Shown: positions 27,361 through 37,299, counted from the first letter of the stretch. The stretch: DNA of 64,000 nucleotides from Rhizomicrobium sp. (GCA_035547015.1 DASZVO010000017.1:267638-331637); one strand, 5' to 3'. Notes: generated by a model from the letters alone, not told the origin. A program made the numbers and translations.

Positions 27361-28449
27361 ATGAAGAAAAAGTTCCTGGCATTCGCATCGCTGGCGTCTG
27401 CGCTGCTGGCGTCGCCGGCGATGGCGCAGACCTTCCCGACGCAACCCGAACCGCCCGGCCCGGTGCACATTCCCGACGCGCCGCAGCTTCCCTATCATTT
27501 CGGCGCGCGGCCCGTCGCGCCCAATGGCGAAAAATTCGGCAATGTCGCGGCCATCGCGTTGATGCCCAATGGCGACCTGCTGGTGTTCAACCGCAACCCC
27601 GCCATCATGATGGTGGAATATGATCCCACGGGCACCACCGTGAAGCGGGTCTTCAATCCCAATATCGCCATGAACCCGCATGGGCTGCGTGTTGACCGTC
27701 ACGGCAACATCTGGGCGATCGACAGCTTCCTGAACGTGATCTACAAGATGAACGGCAAGGGCGAAGTACTGAAGGTGTTCGGCACGCGCGGCGAGAACGG
27801 CGCCTGGACCGACGGCCAGTGGAACGGCATGTTCAACCAGCCGCTGGATATCGCCTTCGACAGGGACGACAATTTCTATGTGGTGCAGAGCCATGGCGGC
27901 ACCTCGCCGCCGGCCGACTGCACCTTCTGCGCCACCTATGACATTCCCCAGGTGCGCAATGCCCATCCACGCGGCGTGTTCGTCAAGCCGCCGGTGGTGC
28001 CGGGCAGCGATCCGCGCGTGATGAAGTTCGACAAGGACGGCCACCTGCTGGCCAGCGCCAGCCTGGCGCATCCGGACGGGCTTTACCCCACGATCCACAC
28101 GGTGATCGTGTCGCCGACCGGCGAGGTTTGGGTGGGCGACCGCGCTTCGCAGAAGATCGTGATATTCGACAAGGACCTCAAGACCCACCGCGATATCCAG
28201 ATGCAGAATCTCACTTGCGGTTTCTTCGAGGACGCCAAAGGGCAGCTGTGGATGTCCACGGGGCGCAACGGGATGGTGCTGAAGCTGGGCTGGGACGGGA
28301 AGGTACAGGGCTGGTACGGCAAGCATGGCAGCAATCCCGACTCCAATGATGTCGGCGAGGGTCACTACATGGCCGTATCAAGCGACCAGAAAACGATCTG
28401 GATCGCCGACACGGTGCTGGCCCATGTTCTGAAGCTGGAACACAACTGA
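27361..28449 (+). CDS. Exported NHL-repeat beta-propeller, peptidyl-alpha-hydroxyglycine amidating lyase (PAL)-like
   Basis: Signal peptide; NHL repeats 'NPHGLRVDRHGNIW', 'FNQPLDIAFD', 'IHTVIVSPTGEVWVGDR', 'GHYMAVS'. Confidence 0.75.
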   Translation: MKKKFLAFASLASALLASPAMAQTFPTQPEPPGPVHIPDAPQLPYHFGARPVAPNGEKFGNVAAIALMPNGDLLVFNRNPAIMMVEYDPTGTTVKRVFNPNIAMNPHGLRVDRHGNIWAIDSFLNVIYKMNGKGEVLKVFGTRGENGAWTDGQWNGMFNQPLDIAFDRDDNFYVVQSHGGTSPPADCTFCATYDIPQVRNAHPRGVFVKPPVVPGSDPRVMKFDKDGHLLASASLAHPDGLYPTIHTVIVSPTGEVWVGDRASQKIVIFDKDLKTHRDIQMQNLTCGFFEDAKGQLWMSTGRNGMVLKLGWDGKVQGWYGKHGSNPDSNDVGEGHYMAVSSDQKTIWIADTVLAHVLKLEHN

Positions 28450-28456
28450 AAAAGAA

Positions 28457-28480
28457 GGGCGGCGCCGGAAAGCGCCGCCC
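28457..28480 (-). terminator. Rho-independent terminator of the TonB receptor gene
   Basis: GGGCGGCGC-6 nt loop-GCGCCGCCC, followed on the minus strand by TTCTTTTT. Confidence 0.75.
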
Positions 28481-28506
28481 CAGTTGAGGGGACTTTTCGA
28501 AGATTC

Positions 28507-30954
28507 CTAGAGCGCCGCGCTGACGGTGGCGAAGAACATGCGCGGCGGCAGCGGATAATAGGTATACCCTCCCGAAGCCGGCGAGCCGGGCACGCCGATG
28601 TCAGCCACGCCCTTCTCGTCGTTGAGGTTCAGGACATTGCCGCTGATCTTGAACTTCTTGACCCAGTCCAGCCCGATATCGTCGAAGGTGTAGCTGGCCT
28701 CCAGGCCCAGCTGGAACTGGCCGGAAATGGCAATATCGTTGAGATAGGTTGCATAGCGGCGGCCGACGTAATCGCCGTTCAATTGCGCCTCGAAGTTGCC
28801 CCAGGTCGTGCTGGCGATGAACTTGTTCATCCAGTCCGGCGTGATCGGAACCTGCTTGCCGGCGATCGGCACGACGACCGGCGCGCCGCCTGCCGTTGCA
28901 CCTTGCGTATAATTCGAGCTGTAGGCGGAGCTATTGTAGGAAATGGCGTCATAGAACTGGAAATGGTCGCCGAAGTGCAATGTGGCGGCCACGTCCACGC
29001 CATCGGTGGTGACGCTGCCGACATTGACCAGGATGGACGGCGGCGGATTGAACAGATTGAACGGCGCCACGTTGAACAGCCGGTTGTGGAAGTCCACGTG
29101 ATAGTAATTCGCCTGGCCTTCGATGCCGGTGATCGGACCCAGATCCAGGTCATGCTGGGTGCGCACGCCCAGTTCATAGGTCCAGGAGCGTTCCGGATGC
29201 ACCGTGTTCTTGTACTGGTCGAACGCCGACTGGGTGCCAAGGCTGAAGGGTGACGAGCCGTAGAAGCCGCCGCCTGCCGCGTAGGGAATGGTCTGGCGGT
29301 AATTCTCCTGGATGTTGACGAAGACCTGCTCGTGCTCGGTGGCGTTCCAAAGCGCGCCCACCTGCGGCAGGAACCAGCCGTTCGAACTGATCGTGCCGGT
29401 GGGAAAGACGACCGGCACCGCCACGGTCGGCGCGTTGCGCTGGTTGGTTATCACGTGGTTGCCAGCCGTCTGCAGGCTGGTCTTGAAACCGGCCTGCAGG
29501 GTCAAATCGGGCGTGATGTGCCACTGGTCCTGCAGGTGGAACTGAAGGTCATCGGTGCGCAAGCTCACATCATACTGGGTGAACAGCGGATTGCGCGGTA
29601 CGTCATAAGGCGTCATGTCATTGTTGGCGGGCGAGAAGGGATACCAGCGCCGGCCCGTGCGCGAGGCGTTGCGCTCGTACCAGGCGCCGAACTCGATGTC
29701 GTGGTCGCCCAGTTTCCAGTTCAGCGTGGAACGTTCGCCGAAGCGGTTGATGCGGTATTCGGTGGTGCGCACCTCATAGCCGTAACCGCCAAACAGCGTC
29801 ACCAGATTCTGCAGGCTGCCGGTGCTGGTGGGCGATCCGCCGACCACGAGATTCGGGAAGTAGGTCGCGAACAGGGCGGGCAGGCCCGCATTGTTCACCG
29901 GGCCTGCCACAATGCCCCGGCCCGTGACATGATGGAAGTAGACCTGATTGGACCATGTCATGTCGGGCGACACGTTCCAGTCATACTGCGCATAGGTCAA
30001 CGCGTCCTCGCGCTGGGCGGCGCTGTGATAGTTGGAGAAGTTGTTGCCCAGGTTGGCGGGCGGCGTGCCCGGCTGGGCGGGATTGGTCTGGGTATAGGCC
30101 ACCGCACCGGCCAGATCGGGATAGAGGAAAGGGCGGGTATAGGGGATGAAGCCCTGGCCCGCGGCGGCCTGCTGGTTGCCGACCGAGATCGAATCCTCAT
30201 TGGGCTCAACCTTGCTGTTCCAGTCGGCATAGAAGGTGAACCGGCCAACGTCGCTGGCGTTGACGACCTTGAGATTCAACTGGTCGCCATGCTGGTAGCC
30301 GTCGAAGTCCCAGGCGCGCTGGTTCTGATGCAGATAAGACAGATAGGCGGTCGTGCCGAAGCCAATATCGCCCGAGTCGAGCCGCAGGAAGGTGCGGCTG
30401 GCGTCATAGCTGCCGCCGGTCTGGCGTATGTCGACGCCGAACGTGTCGCTGGGATCGCTGGAGAAAGTCTGGATCACGCCGCCCAGGTTGCTGGTCGAAG
30501 CCACGCCCAGCGAGCCCGCGCCCGATTCCAGCCGCACGCTGCGCACATTTTCCGACGTGAGCGCGCGCGACGGCGACAGGCCGTTATAGGGGCCATACTG
30601 CTGGTCGCCCAGCGGCACGCCATCCATCGTGTAACCCAGCTGCTGGGTGGTGAAACCGTGCACCACCAGCGACTCGTTCTGCTCGTTGTTCCCCCAGGGG
30701 TCCGCAGTGGCATAGAGAACGCCCGGCAGGCTCTGGATCGCCTTCAGCGGGCTGATGCCGGGCACGATCTTCTGGGCCTGGACGCCGCCGATCTCAATCG
30801 CCGAATTGGTGCTTTCGCGGTCGGAAGACACGATCACCGATTCCACGTCGTCCGAACTCTGCGCCCACGCTGCCCCCGCAGCTCCGCAGACCACCCCCAG
30901 CGCAGTCGTGATCAGAAGCGCGCCCTTCGGCACGCGGCGTGGCGTGAAATTCAT
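28507..30954 (-). CDS. TonB-dependent outer-membrane receptor
   Basis: Signal peptide, TonB box-like 'ESVIVS', plug 'KAIQSLPGV...VVHGF...DGVPLGD', and barrel end 'NVLNLNDEK...PPRMFFATVSAAL'. Confidence 0.93.
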   Translation of the reverse strand: MNFTPRRVPKGALLITTALGVVCGAAGAAWAQSSDDVESVIVSSDRESTNSAIEIGGVQAQKIVPGISPLKAIQSLPGVLYATADPWGNNEQNESLVVHGFTTQQLGYTMDGVPLGDQQYGPYNGLSPSRALTSENVRSVRLESGAGSLGVASTSNLGGVIQTFSSDPSDTFGVDIRQTGGSYDASRTFLRLDSGDIGFGTTAYLSYLHQNQRAWDFDGYQHGDQLNLKVVNASDVGRFTFYADWNSKVEPNEDSISVGNQQAAAGQGFIPYTRPFLYPDLAGAVAYTQTNPAQPGTPPANLGNNFSNYHSAAQREDALTYAQYDWNVSPDMTWSNQVYFHHVTGRGIVAGPVNNAGLPALFATYFPNLVVGGSPTSTGSLQNLVTLFGGYGYEVRTTEYRINRFGERSTLNWKLGDHDIEFGAWYERNASRTGRRWYPFSPANNDMTPYDVPRNPLFTQYDVSLRTDDLQFHLQDQWHITPDLTLQAGFKTSLQTAGNHVITNQRNAPTVAVPVVFPTGTISSNGWFLPQVGALWNATEHEQVFVNIQENYRQTIPYAAGGGFYGSSPFSLGTQSAFDQYKNTVHPERSWTYELGVRTQHDLDLGPITGIEGQANYYHVDFHNRLFNVAPFNLFNPPPSILVNVGSVTTDGVDVAATLHFGDHFQFYDAISYNSSAYSSNYTQGATAGGAPVVVPIAGKQVPITPDWMNKFIASTTWGNFEAQLNGDYVGRRYATYLNDIAISGQFQLGLEASYTFDDIGLDWVKKFKISGNVLNLNDEKGVADIGVPGSPASGGYTYYPLPPRMFFATVSAAL

Positions 30955-31031
30955 GATGGTTCCCCTGATTTCGCGGATGCAACCGAAACCGGGTTCCTAG
31001 GGAGGCTGGACGACGGAAGGGCAATGGTTCT

Positions 31032-31049
31032 GTGACAGTTCCACGAAAT
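31032..31049 (-). promoter_or_regulatory. Pho-box-like site facing the TonB receptor
   Basis: Minus strand ATTTCGT-GGAA-CTGTCAC with an 11-bp period; the first half-site is degenerate. Confidence 0.4.
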
Positions 31050-31108
31050 GCACAACTCGCCGGTCCCGCCGCCTGCGGCCGATTGTCAGCGCATATGTCA
31101 CGGTCCTG

Positions 31109-31126
31109 CTGTCATGGCTCTGTCGG
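31109..31126 (+). promoter_or_regulatory. Pho-box-like site facing the phosphodiesterase
   Basis: CTGTCAT-GGCT-CTGTCGG with an 11-bp period; two more TGTCA cores just upstream. Confidence 0.5.
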
Positions 31127-31168
31127 ATCAGCCCGCTAGACAGCCTTTTCGGTACCTGGGAGCTGTCC

Positions 31169-32494
31169 ATGACATTTGTGCGTGCAACATTCTTCACAAT
31201 TGCATTGTCTTTCGCCCATGCGGCCGAAGCCGCGCCAGTCCTGATGGTATCCATTGACGGCCTGCGCCCGGCCGATGTGCTGGAAGCCGATAAACGGGGC
31301 CTGAGGGTTCCGGCGCTGCGCAAACTGCTGGCGGATGGCGTCTATGCCACCGGCGTGCGCAACGCCGCGCCCACCGTCACCTATCCCAACCACACCACGC
31401 TGATCACGGGCGTCTGGCCCGTGCGGCACGGCATTCCGGGCAACCAGACCTTCGATCCGCTCCAGAAGAACATGGCCGGCTGGTACTGGTATGCGCGCGA
31501 CATCAAGGTGCGCACGCTGTGGGACGCGGTGCATGAAGGCGGCGGCAAGGTGGCAAGCCTGTCCTGGCCGGTCAGCGTCGGCGCAACTTCCATCGATTAC
31601 AATGTCCCCGAATATTGGCGCGCCCATAACGCAGACGACGTCAAGCTGGTGCGCGCCCTTTCCACGCCGGGGCTGGTGGACCAGTTGGAGAAAAAGACCG
31701 ACCTCACGCTGGCCCAGGCCGATGGCGAGACGGTGGAGGTCGATGTCGGCCGCACCCGCTATGCCGCCGCGCTGATCGCCACCAGACACCCGGAACTCAC
31801 CACCGTGCATCTGCGCGGGCTCGACCATATGGAGCATGAATACGGCCCCGGTTCGAAGGAGGCCAATGCCGCGCTGGAGACGCTGGACGGTGCCGTGGGC
31901 CGGCTGGTGGCAGATGCACGCAAGGCAGAGCCGGATCTGGTGGTGGCGATCGTCTCGGACCACGGGTTTGCGCCGGTTGCGCACGATGTGAACCTGATCG
32001 GGCCCTTCATAAAGGCGGGACTGATAACGTTGGATGCGAAGGGCAGGATCGCCGCCTGGCAGGCCGAGCCCTGGGGCGGCGCGTCGGCGCCGGTCGTGCT
32101 GGCGCATCCGGATGACACCGCCTTGAAGGCAAGGGTCGCGGATTTGCTGAAGGGCCTGGCGGCCAAACCGGAACTGGGCATCGCCCATGTTGCCGATGGG
32201 GCCGAGATTGCGCGGATGGGCGGCACGCCGATAGCGTCCTTCTGGGTGGACTTCAAGCCGGGCTACGAGATGGGCCAGGACCCCGCCGCCCCGCCGGTTG
32301 GTCCGGGCTCGGTGAAGGGCACGCATGGCTATCTGCCGGTCCATCCCGAAATGCGCGCGACCTTCATCTTGTCGGGACCGGGGCTGGCGAAGAAAGGGTC
32401 GCTGGGCGAGATCGACATGCGCGATATCGCGCCGACCCTGGCCAAGGTGATGAAAGTCTCACTGCCCGGCGCGGACGGCAAACCGCTGCTTTAG
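31169..32494 (+). CDS. Exported nucleotide pyrophosphatase/phosphodiesterase (alkaline phosphatase superfamily)
   Basis: 'ISIDGLR', 'PTVTYPNHTTLITG', 'DHMEHEYG', 'SDHG', and 'GTHGY'. Confidence 0.92.
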   Translation: MTFVRATFFTIALSFAHAAEAAPVLMVSIDGLRPADVLEADKRGLRVPALRKLLADGVYATGVRNAAPTVTYPNHTTLITGVWPVRHGIPGNQTFDPLQKNMAGWYWYARDIKVRTLWDAVHEGGGKVASLSWPVSVGATSIDYNVPEYWRAHNADDVKLVRALSTPGLVDQLEKKTDLTLAQADGETVEVDVGRTRYAAALIATRHPELTTVHLRGLDHMEHEYGPGSKEANAALETLDGAVGRLVADARKAEPDLVVAIVSDHGFAPVAHDVNLIGPFIKAGLITLDAKGRIAAWQAEPWGGASAPVVLAHPDDTALKARVADLLKGLAAKPELGIAHVADGAEIARMGGTPIASFWVDFKPGYEMGQDPAAPPVGPGSVKGTHGYLPVHPEMRATFILSGPGLAKKGSLGEIDMRDIAPTLAKVMKVSLPGADGKPLL

Positions 32495-33705
32495 GAGCCG
32501 TCCGACAGAAGCGGCATGACGCGCGCGAAGTGAGCGTCCCAGGTGGGCGCGCGCCAGCCCTGGAGCCGCGCGATCTGGGCGCCGCGGCGTGACGATTGGG
32601 TATCGGCATAGTCGGCGATCATGGCGCGCCAAGGCTCGTCCTGATGCGGATCGAGAAATTCCGGCACAGCGCCGCCAACCTCGCGCAGTTCGTCCAGGTC
32701 ACTGCAGATCACCGGCACGCCCAACGCCAGGGCTTCGGCCACCGGAAGGCCGAAACCCTCCGCAAAGCTGGGGTTGATCAAGGCCCTGGCGCCCTTCAGA
32801 AGACTTGCCACCGCGCGATCCGGCAAATTTTCGTGCACTTCGACCAGCGCGCGCAGTTCGGTCATTGCGTGAATCTCGCGGACGATCCCGGCGCTCTTCC
32901 AGCCGCGGCGGCCGACGATGCAAAGGCGCGGCGCAGCATCGCCCATCGATGCGGCAAGGCAGCGCCAGACGCGAAGCAGAAGCCTGTGGTTCTTGCGGGG
33001 CTCGATCGTGGAAAGGCATACGAAATAAGGCCGCTCGTGCGGCTTCTCATGCCATTCCGCAACCGGCCGCAAATCAAGGCCCAGCGGCGCGATGTGGATG
33101 GGCAGTGAAACGCCTGTCTCGGCGGCAAGCCTTTCCAGTGCTGCTCCCGTCCCTGCCGAATTCACGATCACATGGTCTGCCAGCCCCATGACCGTCTCCA
33201 TGCGGCGGCGATGGCGTGCATCGTGGCCCGGAGGCACGTGGCCAGGAAGAAGAATGGGAATCAGATCATGAACCAGGAAGATGAAACGTGTGCCGGCATC
33301 CCGTTTAAGCCGCATCAGCGGTTGAGGCCGGTGGAGACGATAATGCGACACCAGCAGATAGGTTGGAGGATTCCGCAGCCCCGCGGCATGGGCCCGCAAC
33401 TGCTTCTCGCCATGCAGGAATGCGTGGCGGCGCAGCTTTCCCACCAGCCCGCGCACCACGGCATGGGCACGGTCGTCGACGCTCGTGCCCGACCAGAGTC
33501 TGTCGAGGGCCGCGATCATGGCGGTGACCGTGGCAGGCGGCAGCAGGGACATGCGGCCCCACCAGCCGGAAAAGCTCAACCGGTCCGGCACGGTGGCGAT
33601 CAGGTGACGCGCATAGGCCAGTTCGACGCGATCTATACCCGTGGGCGCGAACCGTTCGGCGCGCCACAGAAGGCGTGACAGGTCCAGGATGATGTGCTGC
33701 GTCAT
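32491..33705 (-). CDS. GT4 glycosyltransferase (WcbB-like)
   Basis: 'LDLSRLLWR...PTGIDRVELAY', 'VHDLIP', 'TIEPRKNH', and 'PSFAEGFGLPVAEA'. Confidence 0.9.
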   Translation of the reverse strand: MTQHIILDLSRLLWRAERFAPTGIDRVELAYARHLIATVPDRLSFSGWWGRMSLLPPATVTAMIAALDRLWSGTSVDDRAHAVVRGLVGKLRRHAFLHGEKQLRAHAAGLRNPPTYLLVSHYRLHRPQPLMRLKRDAGTRFIFLVHDLIPILLPGHVPPGHDARHRRRMETVMGLADHVIVNSAGTGAALERLAAETGVSLPIHIAPLGLDLRPVAEWHEKPHERPYFVCLSTIEPRKNHRLLLRVWRCLAASMGDAAPRLCIVGRRGWKSAGIVREIHAMTELRALVEVHENLPDRAVASLLKGARALINPSFAEGFGLPVAEALALGVPVICSDLDELREVGGAVPEFLDPHQDEPWRAMIADYADTQSSRRGAQIARLQGWRAPTWDAHFARVMPLLSDGS

Positions 33706-35228
33706 CCCGCCGCCAGACCTTGCTCCAGCTGCGCCGCCGGGCGCGCAGATGGCGCGGACAGGAACTTGATGATCGCGGCCGGCAGGTCGTGCGCGGCAAT
33801 ATCCGCGCGCGCCGGCAACGCGCCGCCTGGACGCCAGAGGAAATAGTCGGTGCTGGTCTCGGCGAAACCCAGGCCGGAAAATCCTCGCGGCAGGCTTGGC
33901 ATATGATCGCCATAGAAGCCCAGCATGCCCTCGCCGCGCTGCGCAAGGGCGGACGTGAGCATGGCGATCATCGCGTCCGCGCCTTTGAGGTGTGCAAGAT
34001 ATTCTCCCAGGCCATCGCCGTCCGATGCATGTGCCAGTTGCGCAGGAAGACCGGTGCCGGAAGCCCAGGGACCGTGATTTTCCATGGTGATGACGAAAAT
34101 GAACACGGGCTGCCTGCCGGCGGTCAGCCGGGCGGCGCAATAGCGCGCCACGTCGGCATCGCCGACATAACCGCGAATGTGGTGCGCGGGGGCAAAGGCC
34201 TCCTGGCCAACGATCTCCTCGAACCCGAGCAGCGGCATGATCCGGTCGCGGTCATAGAAATGCAGGTCGAACGGATGGATGCAGATGGTCCGGTAGCCCT
34301 GTGACCGGAAGAACCGGGCCAGAGACGGAAGCTTGCCGCGGGCGAAAGCATGATAGGGATTGAAGCGGTCGAAACCGATCTGGTCACCGGAGAGGCCGCT
34401 CAGGACGGCGAATTCGGTGCGGGTCGTATTGGCACCCCAGCAAGGCACGTCGAGGCGCCCCCATTGCACCGCGGAGCTGCGCGCGGTTTCAAAGGCCGGA
34501 AGGTAATCCGGCTCCAACCCAAGCCGGCGCGCATCGAAGAAGGATTCGCTCTGCACCAGGATCACCGGCGGCTTCGCCTTCAATGGCACGCCCGCCATCC
34601 GCGCAGATGCCCGGCGTTCGGTGCGCTCGGCGCGCGCGATGATGCCGTAGGTTCCGATCATGGCGAAGGGGCCCAAACGGCGGGCATCGGCAACGGGATC
34701 GCCACAAGGGTTGAACCGGCGCAGCAGCCGTGCCCAGGGGCGCGCACCGAACCGCGCCAGCAGCAGAATCAGCAAGACGGCGCCGGCGAGAACGAGCGCG
34801 GCCCACGGAATCGTGGCGGCGAAGAGCGGCGGCTCGGCAAAGAACAACACGCCATAGGTCACCGCCACACCCGCCATGCCCAGGCAGACCCGCCATGTTC
34901 CGGCGAAGGGAAGATAAAATTCGGGGTGCCGGAACAACGCGACGACTTCGGACATGTCAGTGAAGACGATGGGTTCGCGAAGCACCTGGCGCTTGACATG
35001 GTCGGCAAAGGCAAAACCGGCAAAGGCGCCGAAGGCCACGCAACCCGCCAGAATGGGGCGCGCGCCAGCCATCAGCAGCACCAGGAAGGTACCGAGCGGC
35101 ACAAGCCCATCGTGAAAAAGGACCAGAAACCTCCCGGCCCTTGTGGCTCCTGCCACGGCGCGCGCGGTGCCCCAGCCCGCCAGCGTCAATCCGAAGCCAA
35201 TGGCGATAGACAGTCCCACCCGCGTCAT
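33702..35228 (-). CDS. wcbQ: LTA synthase/sulfatase family membrane protein (WcbQ/RkpI-like)
   Basis: N-terminal TMs with 'REPIVFTD', 'VQSESFFD', 'GANTTRTEF', 'TMENHGPW', and 'FYGDHMP'. Confidence 0.85.
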   Translation of the reverse strand: MTRVGLSIAIGFGLTLAGWGTARAVAGATRAGRFLVLFHDGLVPLGTFLVLLMAGARPILAGCVAFGAFAGFAFADHVKRQVLREPIVFTDMSEVVALFRHPEFYLPFAGTWRVCLGMAGVAVTYGVLFFAEPPLFAATIPWAALVLAGAVLLILLLARFGARPWARLLRRFNPCGDPVADARRLGPFAMIGTYGIIARAERTERRASARMAGVPLKAKPPVILVQSESFFDARRLGLEPDYLPAFETARSSAVQWGRLDVPCWGANTTRTEFAVLSGLSGDQIGFDRFNPYHAFARGKLPSLARFFRSQGYRTICIHPFDLHFYDRDRIMPLLGFEEIVGQEAFAPAHHIRGYVGDADVARYCAARLTAGRQPVFIFVITMENHGPWASGTGLPAQLAHASDGDGLGEYLAHLKGADAMIAMLTSALAQRGEGMLGFYGDHMPSLPRGFSGLGFAETSTDYFLWRPGGALPARADIAAHDLPAAIIKFLSAPSARPAAQLEQGLAAG

Positions 35229-35992
35229 TTCTCCGCAATGTGGAAGCGGAAATCGCGCAGAATGGCGTCACCCAGCCAGGCCGGGATCAGATCGGTCAAC
35301 CGCGTGCCCAATGCCAGCCAGAACGGAAAGGTAATGCGTCCCCGCCCCTTCTCGACACCACGCCGGATGCGCGCGGCGGCATCCTCCAGCGACAACAGGG
35401 ACGGCGTGGGCCCATTCCAGCGGTTGGTCATGGGCGATGAGAAGAAACCGGGACAGATCACGCTGACCCCGATCCCCTGCGGCCGCAGCAGCGCCCTGAG
35501 TGCTTCGCCATAGGCGCGCGCACCGGCCTTGCTGGCGCTGTAGCCGGGACTGTAAGGCAGTCCACGCAAGCCCGCGACCGAAGCGATTATGGCAATCCGC
35601 CCCCTGCGCCGAGCCGTCATCGCCGGCAGCAGCGGCTCGACCGTGTTCATCACGCCCAACAGATTCGTGCGGACCTGCCGCGAGGCGGAGGCAAGGCCCT
35701 CAAAACCCTGTCCCGGGGGTACGCCGGAAGATGTGCCGGCATTGGCGATGATCAGATCCACCGCTGCTTTCCGGTCCAGCGCCAGCAACCAGCTGCACAG
35801 TGGCTCATCGTCGGCCACGTCATGCACCAGCGGCTCTGCCTCGGCGCCCGCGGCGCGGCAGTCGGCTGCGACGGCTTCCAGTTTTCTCCGGTCGCGTCCC
35901 ACCAGCCCCAGCAGCACGCCGGGTGCGGCATAGCCGCGAGCCAGATGTGCGCCAAGTCCGCTTGAGGCGCCTGTGATCACGATGCCTTGCAT
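35225..35992 (-). CDS. wcbP: Short-chain dehydrogenase/reductase (WcbP/RkpH-like)
   Basis: 'ITGASSGLG', 'IANAG', and 'YSASK'; lies between kpsS-like and wcbQ-like genes. Confidence 0.85.
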   Translation of the reverse strand: MQGIVITGASSGLGAHLARGYAAPGVLLGLVGRDRRKLEAVAADCRAAGAEAEPLVHDVADDEPLCSWLLALDRKAAVDLIIANAGTSSGVPPGQGFEGLASASRQVRTNLLGVMNTVEPLLPAMTARRRGRIAIIASVAGLRGLPYSPGYSASKAGARAYGEALRALLRPQGIGVSVICPGFFSSPMTNRWNGPTPSLLSLEDAAARIRRGVEKGRGRITFPFWLALGTRLTDLIPAWLGDAILRDFRFHIAEK

Positions 35993-36000
35993 GACGGACT

Positions 36001-37299
36001 TCAGGCAGCCTCGCCCGGGGAAAGAGCCGTGCCGAGCGGCGGCACAGCACGCGAAGCGGCGATCACCGTCAGTCCGGGCTCGACAGGTGCGCTTTCCAGG
36101 CGCAGCGCCGCGCCCTCCACCGCCAGGCGCGTGCCCGGTGCACAGTAGAAGCCGCCATTGATCTGCGTGCGATGGACGACAACGCGGCGGAATGCATCGA
36201 ACAAAGCCGGATCGGGCCCTGACGGCTCCGTCCAGAAGCGTTCCAGCCCGAGTTGGAAGGTCAATCCCGGAATGTCATAGACGGGGCTGGCCAGCGTCAT
36301 GACAGGCACGCCCCGGCTCAACGCCAGCATGCCGCAGGTGCTGTTCACGGTCACCACGCCCCGGCTGTGGGCGGTAAGCAGCATGATGTCGCCGCTTCTC
36401 AGATAGAAGACGCGGTCTTCGATTCCAAGGCGCGAAGCAAACGTCCGGGCCATGGCCTGCCAGTCCACCACCTGTGGATCCAGCGGATGCTCCTTGAGCA
36501 CCAGCGACATCTCGCCGGGCGCGTGGCGAGCGAAGGATGTCAGCACCTCCTCGATCACGGGCGCCAGGCGGCGATGTGGCGAATTCAGGCGCAACTGCGA
36601 GTCGGTGTCGAGCTGCAGCGGAAACAGGAAATATGGCCTGCCTCCAGCCGCCAGCGAATCGAGCTGGCGGTTGCTCTCGCGCGCCTGGCGGCGGCGACGC
36701 AGGAAGCGGCCTGTCCAGCCCAGATATTCACGGAAGGGATGGAGCGGAAGATGGGTGCGATAGCGCGGATAGAGCCACGCGAAGAGAAAGCTCCATACGT
36801 GATAGACCACATCCAGCGCCGCGCGCGTCGCGAAGTCACCCGCCACGGCCACACCGTCCCGCCATGCCGGCAGCGCGGCTGCCTCGCGCCGGAACCAGGC
36901 GGGATCGCGCGGCAGGGACGAATTGGTGTTGACGCCTCCGCGTTCGAGCGTGACCCAGTCGGGGCGCAGATAGCCTTCTTCGAAGACATGCACGGCGATT
37001 CCATGCCGCGCGGCTATACGGATCGCCTCGGCATGCAGGGGCCGCCAGTCGCCGAACAGCACGATGTCGGTGATGCCCCATGCGCTGAGGCATTTCTCCA
37101 GGAACTGCGGCCAGTGTTTCAGACTGCCCCGGTAATCGGCCGATCCGGGCAGCCGCCAGTAAAGACGGTCGCCGGCGTTGAAGTTGATGCGGTGGACCGC
37201 ATGGCCGCGGCGCGCAAGTTCACGCCCCAGGCGCGAGAAAAACAACGTCGGGATGCCCTGAAGAAAGAGAAAGCGGTGTCGGGGAGCGCAGCCGTCCAT
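36001..37299 (-). CDS. wcbO: Capsule polysaccharide modification protein, KpsS/WcbO/RkpJ family (Kdo transferase-like)
   Basis: 'FLFLQG..TLFF', 'FEEGYLRPDWVTLE..GVN..S', 'FPLQLDTDSQL', 'KEHPLD', and 'TVNSTCG'. Confidence 0.9.
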   Translation of the reverse strand: MDGCAPRHRFLFLQGIPTLFFSRLGRELARRGHAVHRINFNAGDRLYWRLPGSADYRGSLKHWPQFLEKCLSAWGITDIVLFGDWRPLHAEAIRIAARHGIAVHVFEEGYLRPDWVTLERGGVNTNSSLPRDPAWFRREAAALPAWRDGVAVAGDFATRAALDVVYHVWSFLFAWLYPRYRTHLPLHPFREYLGWTGRFLRRRRQARESNRQLDSLAAGGRPYFLFPLQLDTDSQLRLNSPHRRLAPVIEEVLTSFARHAPGEMSLVLKEHPLDPQVVDWQAMARTFASRLGIEDRVFYLRSGDIMLLTAHSRGVVTVNSTCGMLALSRGVPVMTLASPVYDIPGLTFQLGLERFWTEPSGPDPALFDAFRRVVVHRTQINGGFYCAPGTRLAVEGAALRLESAPVEPGLTVIAASRAVPPLGTALSPGEAA

